The notes: generated by a model not told the origin, from the sequence alone. Shown: positions 23,328 to 34,984, counted from the stretch's first letter. The stretch is DNA of 35,579 nucleotides from Catajapyx aquilonaris (GCA_000934665.2 JYFJ02004014.1:1-35579), one strand, 5' to 3'. Numbers and translations: made by a program.

Positions 23328-23776
23328 TCCGTCAGCTCCTGGTGTACACAGAGGACCACACAAGCCATGTGTGACGATATACAGCGATATGGTCCCTCAT
23401 TCACTATGTATGAATGCATATCATTTACAGACAATTGAATGTATATATCTGATATTTTGGGATAACTTGAGGGCACATGCACATCCTTATACAGGGTGTT
23501 TCAGAGTCACGGGTCAAGCGCGCGCGAGGGGGTGGGGAAAAATCGCAGGTGGCGACAACTCCGGTCTGTTTTATAAGACAATTAGAAATTAGGGAGTAAT
23601 AAGTTTATTTATTACGGCCGTACTGCGTGACGTCACATCCTTTCTGTTCGAATCGACTGGCGCGGACTGGCAGGTGTAGTAGTGGGTTGAACTTGGCTTA
23701 GGTGATGATGAAGTCACTGACATAGGGCCGGTTGTATGCATATTGCAAACATGACACTTCCAGTATGGCGGTCGTG

Positions 23777-25081
23777 TTAGTGTGATTTGGAACGAAACCA
23801 GTCACACATGTCTCTGTAGATTAAAATAAACGCATCCCTGTAGCTCGGGATCCTGCAATCATACATGAAAGTATATCAAAAAGTGTCATATTTCAAGTCG
23901 AAATAAACCAAGCTGCTTACCTGTAGATGTAAAGAAATACGTTGACGACAAAGTAGTAAAGTGTGATGAAAATGAAATATATGTAAGGTTTTGTCCATGG
24001 TCCTCCTTTGAAGAAGATGTAGATGATGACTCGTGGCGCTTCTGTGCTGGTGTAAACCACTCCCAGAAGACTGAGAAGGATGGACATCTTCCTCTCTCTT
24101 GCCTTCAGGTCCTGCAGGGTGCTCTTGCCCACATCTCTGGAAATATCTGGATGTGTTACGTCACCAAGTCATATCTGAACGTAGTACCTGAACAGTTTCA
24201 GTTGAGACCAATTCCGGTGAAGCTCTATCCAAATGAGTAGGAGACACACGAGCACAGTAACCAAGGGAAGATACAGGGCCACTCCATAGATGGTGTTATC
24301 TCCAGAATTGTTCACACCAATCAGGAAGGAGCAAGTTCCCTTCACTCTGCTGTATCCATACCCATATTGCAACTGTATATTTGGACAAATCAACAAATAT
24401 TAATAATTTATGAGTTAATCTGGTGGCTGTTGGCATAGATTTTCTCACCGCTACAACAGTTGGCACCACTCCTGCCAACATCCATATTGCCAACACTGCT
24501 GGGATACCATGACATGACTTAAAGAGGACTTGGTTACCTGCAGGCCACCACATTTCTAAGCTCCTCCAAGACAGAAATGATGCTGTTAATATTTCACATA
24601 TGCTCATTGTATTACAATACCTGCTGAGAGTAGCTGCTGCCAACGAAATGGTTGACGTCAATCGCAGGTAGCTCGAGAGCAATCCTAATATGTAGCAGTA
24701 TATGGTGCCCATGACCCACTTCCGGTGTATAAAGGTCACTGCCATGCCCGATAGTATGAAGAAGCAGACGAGACAGTCAGCCAGACTCACACTCAGAAGA
24801 AGAACAGTGGTGCAGCTCTTCAGGGGACTTCGAGGTTCCTTTGCTTTCCACCTGCCATATGGAATGGCCACCAGAACCATCAGGTTGCCGAATCCTCCAA
24901 CCACACTTAGGATGAGCCAGTATGTCCCTGCTATCAGTGTGAAGTATTCAGGATAGTCCGGGAAGCAGCAAGATGGCACCTCATGTTGAGTCAAGCAAAC
25001 TCTAGATGTCTCCTGGTCGTCTCTCGTGCAGAAGGAAGACACATTCAGTTCGGAGGTGTTGACCTGCACCGAATCCGTCAT
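23777..25081 (-). CDS. Class A GPCR copy 11 (exons 25081-24621, 24563-24449, 24372-24188, 24136-23921, 23852-23777)
   Basis: Spliced frame is open. The intron 1 acceptor is a weak GAG. Start chosen by homology (MTDSVQVN). Confidence 0.87.
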
Positions 25082-25478
25082 TGCAACAGACTGGATGGAA
25101 ACACTGCACTTCCTGGGCCAGACTGGGCGATGACATGCTGTGACATTGTTCACAAACTTAATTGAGCGACACTTCAAAAGGATGTGTGTGTTAGAAGACA
25201 ATAGGACCGGCCTCACTAGGAGGATAGTTGCAAAGGTACAGTCGCGAGAATAATGCATAGACAGCAAAAATAATACCGGTTTCATACTAAACAAAGTTGG
25301 AGGACCGTCTCCATCATTATGCTCGTGGCTGTACAAGCAAAATACAATGGACACAAATTGACGGAGTATCCTGATGCATATTTCTTGGAATTTTCGTGAA
25401 TATTTTTATGAATGTTTTGTTATTGACTTCTTTGCGTTTATTATAAATGGTAGGTCATTTAACATTAATGTCCTCTCA

Positions 25479-26807
25479 TCAAACACTGAGCTGTATGCCA
25501 GAAGAATGTTGGTTACTTTTACATGTTAATTTTGCATGAAACCAGTCGTGTGTGTCCTTGTACAGTAGAACAAATGCTTCCCGATATCTTGGGATCCTGA
25601 AATGATAATTAATGTGAGTATAAGGAAATAATAAGCCTATCTTTTTTACCTGTAAACATAAAGAAGCACGTTGACGACGAAGTAATCCATCAGTAAGAAA
25701 GTGTAATAAACGAAAGGTTTATCCCACGGGCTTCCTTTCAAAATCACGTAAACTGCGACTAATGGTGCTGCTGTAGCGGAATAAACTGCACCCAGGAGAG
25801 TCAGAAGGATGGCCATTCTCTTCTCTCTCTCCTTTATAACCTGCAGGGTACTAGCACCCACATCTCTGCAAAGAGTGGGACATACAGTGCCCCTCTCACA
25901 ATTTAATACGGTACTGTACCTGAATTGTTTCAATTCAGACCAGTTGCGTCGGAATTTAATCCAGATGAGCAGGAGACAAACCAGGGTTGTTATCCACGGA
26001 GTATACTGGGCCATTCCATAGATGCGGGTGTTTCCTGAATGATTCGATTCAATGATCATTGAGCAGAATCCTCTTGTTCTGCTGTATCCATATCCATACT
26101 GGAACTGATTGACACTTTAGTTGTTCATCGTTTATAATGCTGAGAAGATATATTGTGCTCACCGCCAGTAAGGTTGGCACCACTGCTGCGAGGACCCACA
26201 CTGCCAGCACTGCAGGGATGCCACTGTACGACTCAAACAGAACTTCGTGACCTGCATTCCACCACAACTTCATCGTCCTTTAGGAAATAAACCAAGCTAT
26301 TTTATAGTTATTTTGTCCCACTGTTAATACTGTAACACTACCACACCTGCTCAGTGTAGCTGCTGCCAACGATGTGGTTGAGACCAGTCCTAGATAGTGG
26401 AAGAGGAAGCCCGAAATGTAGCAACAAGTGGGTCCTAGAACCCACCTTCTGTTTAAAAACGCCACTGTCATTCCAGACAGTATGAAGAAGCAGACGAGAC
26501 AGTCAGCCAGACTCAGGTTCAGCAAGAGGACCGTGGTTGGGGTCTTCAGAGGACTGTGAGGGTCCGTGGTCCTCCACCTGGCGTAGGGCAAGGCCACCAG
26601 AGCCATCAGGTTCCCAAATCCTCCAACCACACTCAGAAGGAACCAGTACGTCGCTGCGATCATGATGAAGTGGTAAGGGAGGTCCGGGAAGCAGCAGGAA
26701 GGAGCATCCTCTTGGGTCAGACACACTCGAGATGTCTCTTGATCATCTCTTGTGCAGAAGGATAACATGTTCAGGTCCATGGAGGATGTGTTGACTCTGA
26801 ATTCCAT
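25479..26807 (-). CDS. Class A GPCR copy 12 (exons 26807-26347, 26277-26163, 26104-25920, 25865-25650, 25596-25479)
   Basis: Spliced frame is open with GT-AG introns. Confidence 0.9.
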
Positions 26808-27168
26808 TGCAACAGACTGAGCCTTGGAATGGCTGGTTGTGCGGTAATGCGACCTTGTTCACTTCAGGGACATGCCAATGGATATTTGCGTGTAATGTCA
26901 CAAAAATAACGCAGCAGGCATGGTGATGTATATTATCTTACCATGCCCAAACTGCCATCGATATTGTGGCCTGGACAGCCTATAATTAAATAACATCCGA
27001 AAAGCCCAAAGAGTGACAGTCACGAGAAGAGTCGATGGCGGTGATCAATCCCATTGTAGGCCTACCATGGGCCTTGGAGGGTTATGTCAACAAAAAAGAA
27101 TACATGCCTGTTGATGTACTATACTACGATACAGCAAGATGTGATTTTTTTTGATATGCATGGTACAT

Positions 27169-27569
27169 GAATGATAAGTAATGGAGGAGAAAGCCGGTTA
27201 TGTAGCAGTATGTGGCACCTAATGTCCACTTTTGCTGTAGAAACGTCACGCCCAGGCTGGATAAAAGAATGAAGCAGTAGACACAATCGGCCAGACTGAG
27301 GTTCAGCAACAGGACCGTGGTGCAACTCTTCAGAGAACTTCGTGGGTTCCTGGTCCTCCATCTGGCATAGGGCAAGGCCACCAGCACTAGCAAGTTGCCG
27401 AACCCTCCAACGACACTCATGATGACATAATACGTCCCTGCGATGATGTTGAAAAAGTGAGGACGATCTGGGTAACAGCAAGATGGAGCATCCTGTCTGG
27501 TAAGACGCACTAAAGATGTCTCCTGGTCGTCTCTGGTGCAGAAATGTTGGTATGTACTGATCCTGCCAT
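27169..27569 (-). pseudogene. GPCR copy 13, exon 1 fragment
   Basis: A frameshifting deletion lies between MAGSVHTN and FCTRDD. Homology ends in TM3 (LLHYLSF) and exons 2-5 are absent. Confidence 0.87.
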
Positions 27570-27978
27570 TGCAATAGTCTGGAAGGGCAAAGCGATCCTT
27601 CGAATGGGAATTATTACAACTCGGGGATTTACCTCAGGTGCGACAAGTCATTGGGATGTTCTTTTGTCAAAAACAAACAATGCGACAGATCCTACTATTC
27701 TAAAAATACAGGAGCGTGAGTACAGAAAATGTGACTGATGTGTGTCATATCAAATATATTTATACACTATTGGTACAATATATTACCAGGTTATCATCAC
27801 AACTGTGTGTATCTGGAAAATGCACCAGTTCATGATTCGATTCGAAATAGGTTGCAGTACCTTACATGTAAGAGTATTTTCCTTATATCACAGTTGTCTC
27901 GCAATAATATACTTCAAGAATCTATCATAAAATTGCATTCGCAAAATGTAAGTTTACTCTCATCTTCCCCGAACTATT

Positions 27979-29304
27979 TCAGCATGCTTCATGTTCCGTT
28001 TGGTCAGGTTTTCTTAGCTTCTTGTGGAAGAGGGCACACATATCTTTGTGGAGTAAAAAGAATGCATCTCGGTAGCTCGGGATTCTGAAATAATTTGAGT
28101 ATTATGCATGATTTAACTGTAAGTTGAAACAATTACCTGTAGACGTAAATAAATACGTTGATGACGAAGTAGTAAAATAAGACGAAAGTAAAATGCACGT
28201 AAGGTCTGTGCCACTGGCTTTCCTTGAACACCAGGTAGATGACGACTATTGGTACGGATGATGTGGAGTACACCACTCCAAGAAGTGTCAGAAGGGTGGC
28301 CATCCTCTTCTCTCTTTTCCTCAGTTCCTGCATGGTACTTGTACTCACGTTTCTGCAAAAAGTGGTGACCATCACAAATTATTTCCAAACACTCCAGTTG
28401 CACTGTACCTTAATTGTTTCAGTTGAGACCAGTTACATCGCAGTTTGATCCATATCAGCAGGAGGCAGACCATGACCATGACCCAGGTGAGACCCACAAA
28501 TATTCCGTACAGAACATTGACTGCCAGGTGATTCACTTTAACAATAATCGTGCAGATTCCTTTGGTCCTACTGTAGCCACCTCCATGCTGAACCTGGTTG
28601 TAATTGTGACGCATTTATAATCATTATCTTAATGAGACTGTGCGTGGGTGTGAGTCTTCGTACGCACAGTTGCAAAGATGGGCAACACAGCTGCCCACAT
28701 CCATGTGACCACCACTGCAGGAACACCACTGTACGACTCAAACAGGACGTTGTAACCTGCAGGCCACCACAGTTTCAATGCCCTACGGAAGAAAAACACT
28801 CGCCAGTAATAAGCATTGTCACGTCCGTATGTCATTACAATACCTGCTCAATGTAGCTGCTGCCAGGGAGTTGGTTGACGCTAATGCCAGGTACAAGGAG
28901 ATGAAACCGAACATGTAGCAGTACCAGACACCAAGGATCCACTTTCGATGCAGAAACGTCACTGCCAATCCGGGCAATGAGAATAAGCAGTAGAGACAAT
29001 CAGCAAGGCTCAGGCTCAGGATCAGGAGTGTGGTAGGGCTTCTGAGAGGACTCTGAGGGTCAGTGGTCTTCCACCTGGCGTAGGGCAAGGCCACCAGAAC
29101 AAGTAGGTTCCCCAAGGTGCCAACCACACTCAGGAGGAGCCAGTAAGCCCCTGCAATTATTGTGAAGTATTGATAATGGTCAGGGAAGCAACAAGATGGC
29201 ACCTCCTGTTGTGTCAGACACACTAGAGATGTCTCCTGGTCGTCTCTTGTGCAGAAAGAAGACACGTTCAGGTCGGATGTGCTGACCCCCACTGATCCTG
29301 ACAT
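27979..29304 (-). CDS. Class A GPCR copy 14 (exons 29304-28844, 28782-28668, 28593-28409, 28352-28137, 28084-27979)
   Basis: Spliced frame is open with GT-AG introns. Very close paralogue of copy 15. Confidence 0.9.
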
Positions 29305-29599
29305 TCCAACATACTGTGGAAAAACACTGGGGAATTTCTGCAGCGACTTCAAGCGACCTTGTACCCTATACGAGCACTCAGACATGTCATCAGGATGCAT
29401 GGGTTGTCATCAGGGAAACAATCCAATCGGTTTCGGAGAAAAAGGATGTCACAAAAATACAACTCACGGGGAATGACGAAAACGGTTTATTCCTGTGCAT
29501 TAGGGGTGGTCGAAAAAACCATTTTTTCGAAAGTGGTAATGTAAAAGTGAAAAAGTTGTGTCTGGCGACCTTTATCACGTGTGAAAAATGTAGGTCACG

Positions 29600-30275
29600 G
29601 GATTCATCTGTAATAGGGTCCCAGTGGAAGGTCCCAGGTTCGATCCCCGCCCGGGAGTTCCCTTTCGCCTGCGTCGGGATGGTCGCTGATCCGCACCTTT
29701 GAGGTGTCTGACAACCTGACCTCCTGGGGGACTGCACATGGCCCAGTGCTTGATATTGCACTCGCACCCGTGTCCCCGCCCCGAAAATCCCCTTCCTTAC
29801 CCTATACATCCTTGATTCCCTGCACCGGAGAGCGAAGTAGAAATACCCCAGAAAACTGATGGTGGTATGCCACCCCCCTATAACGACCTATACAAGTTGT
29901 ATCATGAGGTAAATGTCAAACATACTTGTTTTGAGTTGAGTGGGAGCGAGTGGGTGGCTGGGTGGCAGGTTGAAGCGATGGTGGCGCTATTCTGGCGGAC
30001 GATCCGTGCGGTTCGGCAACCGGGGAACCCTGTGGTGGGGTTTGTGCTTCTCCCGTGACCCCCAAGAGCTATGCCGGCGGTAGCTTCGTCTACTGGCAGG
30101 GTCACCCAAAACGGACAGGTCTTTGGGATAGGAGACAGACTATAAGAGAGATACCAGTCTTTCCTCTCTTCTTTTTCCTCTCCGTTTCTCTCTCCATCTG
30201 TCCCACCTTTGCGTCTTCTTATAGCCAGATAGCCATAGTTGCTTTGGCTTCTTTTTAATGAAACTAAACCTAAAC
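29600..30275 (+). mobile_element. Candidate composite SINE or retroelement fragment (B-box head + RTE-5'UTR-like body)
   Basis: GGTTCGATCCCC B box at 29637-29648. 30030-30145 resembles, from memory, the conserved 5' UTR of RTE-clade LINEs. The segment is absent upstream of copy 15. Boundaries are approximate. Confidence 0.45.
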
Positions 30276-30287
30276 CACTCGACTGTA

Positions 30288-30386
30288 AAGAGTACACTGG
30301 AGTACCAAATTCAAGGAGTACCAAGGAGTACCGAAGAGTAAGGAGTACGTGGGAGTACCACTGGGTGTATCCCAGAGTACCGAAGA
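30288..30386. repeat. Irregular GAGTAC(C) motif cluster
   Basis: About eight GAGTA(CC) units in 100 bp with variable spacing. Confidence 0.7.
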
Positions 30387-30557
30387 ACCCCTTGCCCTGT
30401 TATCATCACGCTTACGTGCATATGACCAATGCACCAGATATTTCATGTATAATCATGAGATGCGAAGTAGGTTGAAGGACCTTACATGTATTTTCATTAT
30501 TTTCATCACACTTGTGTCACACTAACATACTTTTGAAATCGGAATCGAAATTAATAT

Positions 30558-30993
30558 CAGGGTGTTCATGAAAAACACCGACACACCTATATCACCCCCG
30601 ACCTAGGGACCAGACGATCACATTATGTAGAGGAGTGATTATTCATAAGCCGCCTCATTACCGAGCAAATTGCCATCAAACAGGTAGTATAAAATATCCT
30701 GGAAGTTAGGCCACCCATCGAACCCTTCCCCAGTCACAAGGCTCTGGAAGGTCTGGGGGCGGGACATTGTTGGTTTGTTGCCCACAGTTGGTAAGGCCTC
30801 TATGGCTAGTTACACATGTAAATTCTCTTTTAAAGTCAGAAGGAGCGATTAGGCAAAAATCGCTAATCAGCAACGAGTCAATTATCTCAGTAATGAGGCG
30901 GTGTAGACATAATGACTCCTCTACATAAAATGACCCTCACGTTACCACTGGCCACTGGTTATCAGTTTTTTGGTGTTTTTCAGGAACACCGTG
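30558..30993. mobile_element. MITE with Tc1/mariner-like ends
   Basis: TIR CAGGGTGTTCATGAAAAACACC / GGTGTTTTTCAGGAACACCGTG-TA, plus a subterminal inverted pair ATGTAGAGGAGT...CCGCCTCATTAC at about 30625-30665 and 30886-30925. Absent from the matching 3' flank of copy 14. Confidence 0.8.
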
Positions 30994-31030
30994 TATGTAG
31001 GCTACTCTCATCTAATGTCACTGAACTATT

Positions 31031-32374
31031 TCAGCATGGTTCAGGTTCCGTTTGGTCAGGTTTTCTTAGCTTCTTGTAGCAGCGGGCACACATATCTTTG
31101 TGGAGTAGAAAGATTGCATCTCGGTAGCTCGGGATTCTGAAATATTTTGCGTATTATGCATATCTTAATTATCACAAATGATTTAACTGTAAGTTGAAAC
31201 AATTACCTGTATACGTAAAGAAATACGTTGATGACGAAGTAGTAAAATAAGACGAATGTAAAATACACGTAAGGTCTGTGCCACTGGCTTTCCTTGAACA
31301 CCAGGTAGATGACGACTATTGGTACGGATGATGTGGAGTACACCACTCCAAGAAGTGTCAGAAGGGTGGCCAGCCTCTTCTCTCTTTTCTTCAGTTCCTG
31401 CATGGTACTTGTACTTATGTTTCTGCAAAAAGTGGTGACCATCACAAATTATTTCCAAACACTCCAGTTGCACTGTACCTGAATTGTTTCAGTTGAGACC
31501 AGTTACATCGCAGTTTGATCCAGATCAGCAGGAGGCAGACCATGACAATGACCCAGGCGAGACCCACAAATATTCCTAATAGAACATAGTCTGTCAGCTG
31601 ATTCACTTTAAAAATAATCGTGCAGATTCCTTTGGTCCTACTGTAGCCACATCCATACCGAACCTGGTTGTAATTGTTAAGCATTTATAATCATTATCTT
31701 AATGAGACTGTGCTTGGGTGTGAGTCTTCGTACGCACAGTTGCAAAGATGGGCAACACAGCTGCCCACATCCATGTGACCACCACTGCAGGAACACCACT
31801 GTACGACTCAAAGAGGACGTTGTAACTAGCAGGCCACCACAGTTTCAATGCCCTATAGAAGAAAAACACTAGCCAGTAATAAGCATTGTCACGTCCGTAT
31901 GTCATTACAATACCTGCTCAATGTAGCTGCTGCCAGAGAGTTGGTTGACGCTAATTCCAGGTATGTGGTGAAGAAACCGAACATGTAGCAGTACCAGACA
32001 CCAAAGATCCACTTTCGATGCAGAAACGTCACTGCCAATCCGGGCAATGAGAATAAGCAGTAGAGACAATCAGCAAGGCTCAGGCTCAGGATCAGGAGTG
32101 TGGTAGGGCTTCTGAGAGGACTCTGAGGGTCAGTGGTCTTCCACCTGGCGTAGGGCAAAGCCACCAGAACAAGTAGGTTCCCCAAGGTGCCAACCACACT
32201 CAGGAGGAGCCAGTAAGCACCTGCAATTATTGTGAAGTATTGATAATGGTCAGGGAAGCAACAAGATGGCACCTCCTGTTGTGTCAGACACACTAGAGAT
32301 GTCTCCTGGTCGTCTCTTGTACAGAAAGAAGACGCGTTCAGGTCGGATGTGCTGACCCGCACTGATCCTGACAT
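31031..32374 (-). CDS. Class A GPCR copy 15 (exons 32374-31914, 31852-31738, 31663-31479, 31422-31207, 31136-31031)
   Basis: Spliced frame is open with GT-AG introns. Exons 1-4 are offset exactly 3070 bp from copy 14. Confidence 0.9.
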
Positions 32375-32580
32375 TGCAACATACTGTGGGGAAACACTGT
32401 GGAATATCTGCAGCGACTTCCAGCGGCCTTGGACACTATACGAGCACTCAGACATGTCAACGGGACGTATGGGTTGTCAGGGAAACAATTGCCCCACTCT
32501 ACAGACAGGCGCAAAAGAGGATGTTTACGCGGATTAATGCATCGTCATTACCTTCATTATTGGCTTGCATCAATCAACAA

Positions 32581-32668
32581 CCTCCTCCTCCTCCTTAATC
32601 CTCCTTAATCCTCCTTAATCCTCCTTAATCCTCCTTAATCCTACTTAATCCTCCTTAATCCCCCTAAA
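32581..32668. repeat. (CCT)n followed by a (CTCCTTAATC)~7.5 minisatellite
   Basis: Directly visible 10-bp tandem unit at 32591-32668. Confidence 0.95.
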
Positions 32669-32709
32669 TATTCGCTGGCAACCCCATATCTGTTTGGGAC
32701 ACCGTTCAC

Positions 32710-33214
32710 AGCAGGCCACCATTGTTGTAACGCCCTTTGTAGGTGGAAACAATTCAAACTCGGACTTCTACACCGCAGTAGCAATAATACCTGCTGAGTG
32801 TAGCTGCTGCCTGGGAATTGGAAGAAGCCAAGACTAAGTAGAGGAGGAGGAAGCCGGAAACGTAGCAATATCGGGTGCCCAGAACCTTCGGAGAAGAAAT
32901 GTCACTCCCATCTCGGGCAGATTGGTGAAACAGAACAGTCCATCCACCAGACTCATGCTGAGGAGGAGGACTGTCGTTGGGCTCTTCAGAGGACTTCTAT
33001 GGTCCCTGGTCCTCCACCTGGCGTAGGGCAAGGCCACCAGCACTAGCAAGTTGCCAAATCCTCCAACCACACTCAGGAGGAGCCAATATGTTCCTGCTAT
33101 CATCGTGAAGTATATCGGATGATCTGGGAAGCAGCATGATGGCACTTCCTCCTGGGTCAGACACACTAGAGATGTCTCGTGGTCGTCTCTTGCGCAGAAG
33201 GAAGACAAGTTCAT
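32710..33214 (-). pseudogene. GPCR copy 16, truncated (exon 1 33214-32791 and the start of exon 2 from 32734)
   Basis: Frameshifting deletion near 32885 relative to copy 17. Homology ends after ALQQWWPA and exons 3-5 are absent. Confidence 0.87.
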
Positions 33215-33545
33215 GCTGTGTGGAGATGGTGACCGCCTTGAGCGACTTCTTCTACGTAATGAATAATGCTGTGGCAATGCACTCGAACATTATTTGGTGA
33301 AGAATCAATGGTATATTTGCATAAACTGTCAAAAGGAAAACAATGGGACAACCACAGTGATTGGCACTCAAAAAATTTATTAATAACACCGTTGCGAGGG
33401 TTAGATTAGGCTTCGCAGGCGTTTTTGCTTATTGTTGTTGTTATTATTGCTGACCCATTCAAATTGAGCAAGAAGCTGATCATTCTTACTCTCCTTATTT
33501 TGGCTTTTTATTATGCCATGCCATTAGTTGAGGATCTTCATGGAA

Positions 33546-34984
33546 TCACGGTTCTATTTCATTATTATCCCGAAATGTTGGTAGAATTCTGCTCAACTTC
33601 CCATGCAACAGGTCACACGTGTCTCTGTAGAGTAGAATAAATGCATCCCGGTAACTTGCGATCCTGCAACAATGACATGAGTATTTTATGTAATGGTAGA
33701 CAGTATAACGAGAAATTAATTACCTGTAGACGTACAGAATTACGTTGATGACGAAGTAGTAATATGTGGAAAAAGTGACATATATGTAAGGTTTGGTCAT
33801 CGGGCTTCCTCTGAATGCCAGGTAGATGATGACTGGCGATGCTGTCGTGCTGACGTAAGCAGCTCCCAGAAGAGTCAGAAGAACAGTCATTCTCTTCTCT
33901 CTCTCCTTCAGGTCATGTTGTGTGGACTTGCCCATGTCTCTGGAAACAGTGGCACATGACAGCCATCACAGGTCAACCTTCACAGTTTCATAACTCACTT
34001 GAACTCCTTCAGTTGAGACCAGTTCTGGCGCAGCTTGATCCAGATCAGAAGGAGGCAGACCAGGACAGTGACCAATGGGAGAATTGTAGCTATTCCGTAC
34101 ATAACGTAAACTACTGCCTGATTTCCTTCAATCATTATCAATGTGCAAACTCCTTTTCTTCTGCTGTAGCCATAGTCATACTGAAACTAATAAATTGTAC
34201 CTAGATAACACCGAAAATGCATCGGCTACATCACTATCTGGATGTGTGCTTTGGGTGCTTTGGGGGGTTGCACTTGTGCCGCACTGTCAGTCAGAGTTAC
34301 TGGGCCACCCCGTTTGTGCCTCCAACTGGTTGAATATGTTACTTACCGCCACAAATATTGGCAACACAGCTGCCAACATCCACGCAAACACAGTTGCAGG
34401 AACACCACTGTACGACTTAAAGAGGACGTCGTAACCTGCAGGGCACCATTGTTGTAACGCCCTTTGCAGGAGGAAACTATTCAAACTCTGACTTATACTC
34501 TGTAATAGCAATAATACCTGCTGAGTGTAGCGGCTGCCAAGGAATTGGAAGACGCAAAGGTTAAGCATTGGAAGAGGAAGCCGGAAACGTAGCAATATCC
34601 GGTACCCAGAACCCACTTCCGGAGAAGAAACGTCACCCCCATCTCGGGCAGATTGGTGAAGCAGAACAGTCCATCAGCCAGACTCAGGCTGAGAAGAAGG
34701 ACTGTCGTTGGGCTCTTCAGAGGACTTTGAGGATCAGCTGTCCTCCACCTGGCGTAGGGCAAGGCCACCAGCACTAGCAAGTTGCTCAATCCTCCAACCA
34801 CACTCAGGAGGAGCCAGTATGTTCCTACTATCACTGTGAAGTATTCAGGATAGTCCGGGAAGCAGCAGGAAGGAGCATCCTCTTGGGTCAGACACACCAG
34901 AGATGTCTCGTGATCGTCTCTTGCGCAGAAAGATGTCACGTTAAGGTCGATGGAGGATGTGTTGATCTGCACTGAGACTGACAT
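33546..34984 (-). CDS. Class A GPCR copy 17 (exons 34984-34518, 34461-34347, 34186-33999, 33939-33724, 33663-33546)
   Basis: Spliced frame is open with GT-AG introns. Confidence 0.9.

Noticed and set aside
23489..23700. TACAGGGTGTTTCAG as the start of another complete MITE
   Set aside because: No matching right-hand TIR was found nearby. At most it is a one-ended fragment, so it is not annotated.
24296..25354. The 352-aa ORF (and 7921-8769, 14179-14838, 18487-19137) as single-exon genes
   Set aside because: These are exon 1 plus read-through into introns or other frames. Conserved GT-AG boundaries across paralogues define the real structure.
29600..29660. A fourth tRNA gene
   Set aside because: Only a T-arm/B-box-like motif is present. 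No acceptor stem or D arm could be formed, so it is treated as a possible SINE head.
32591..32668. Interstitial telomeric repeat
   Set aside because: The unit GATTAAGGAG is not TTAGG or TTAGGG.
386..34930. The recurring ~35 bp motif GAGATGTCTCCTGGTCGTCTCTTGTGCAGAAGG as a CRISPR-like or dispersed regulatory repeat
   Set aside because: It recurs every 1-4 kb or more, always in frame within GPCR exon 1 (FCTRDDQETS). There are no short spacers or cas genes, and the context is eukaryotic.
7351..34984. A single Dscam- or protocadherin-style gene with alternative exon cassettes
   Set aside because: Each unit has its own ATG, all five exons and a stop codon, and no shared constant exon is visible. 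Splicing between units cannot be excluded without RNA data.
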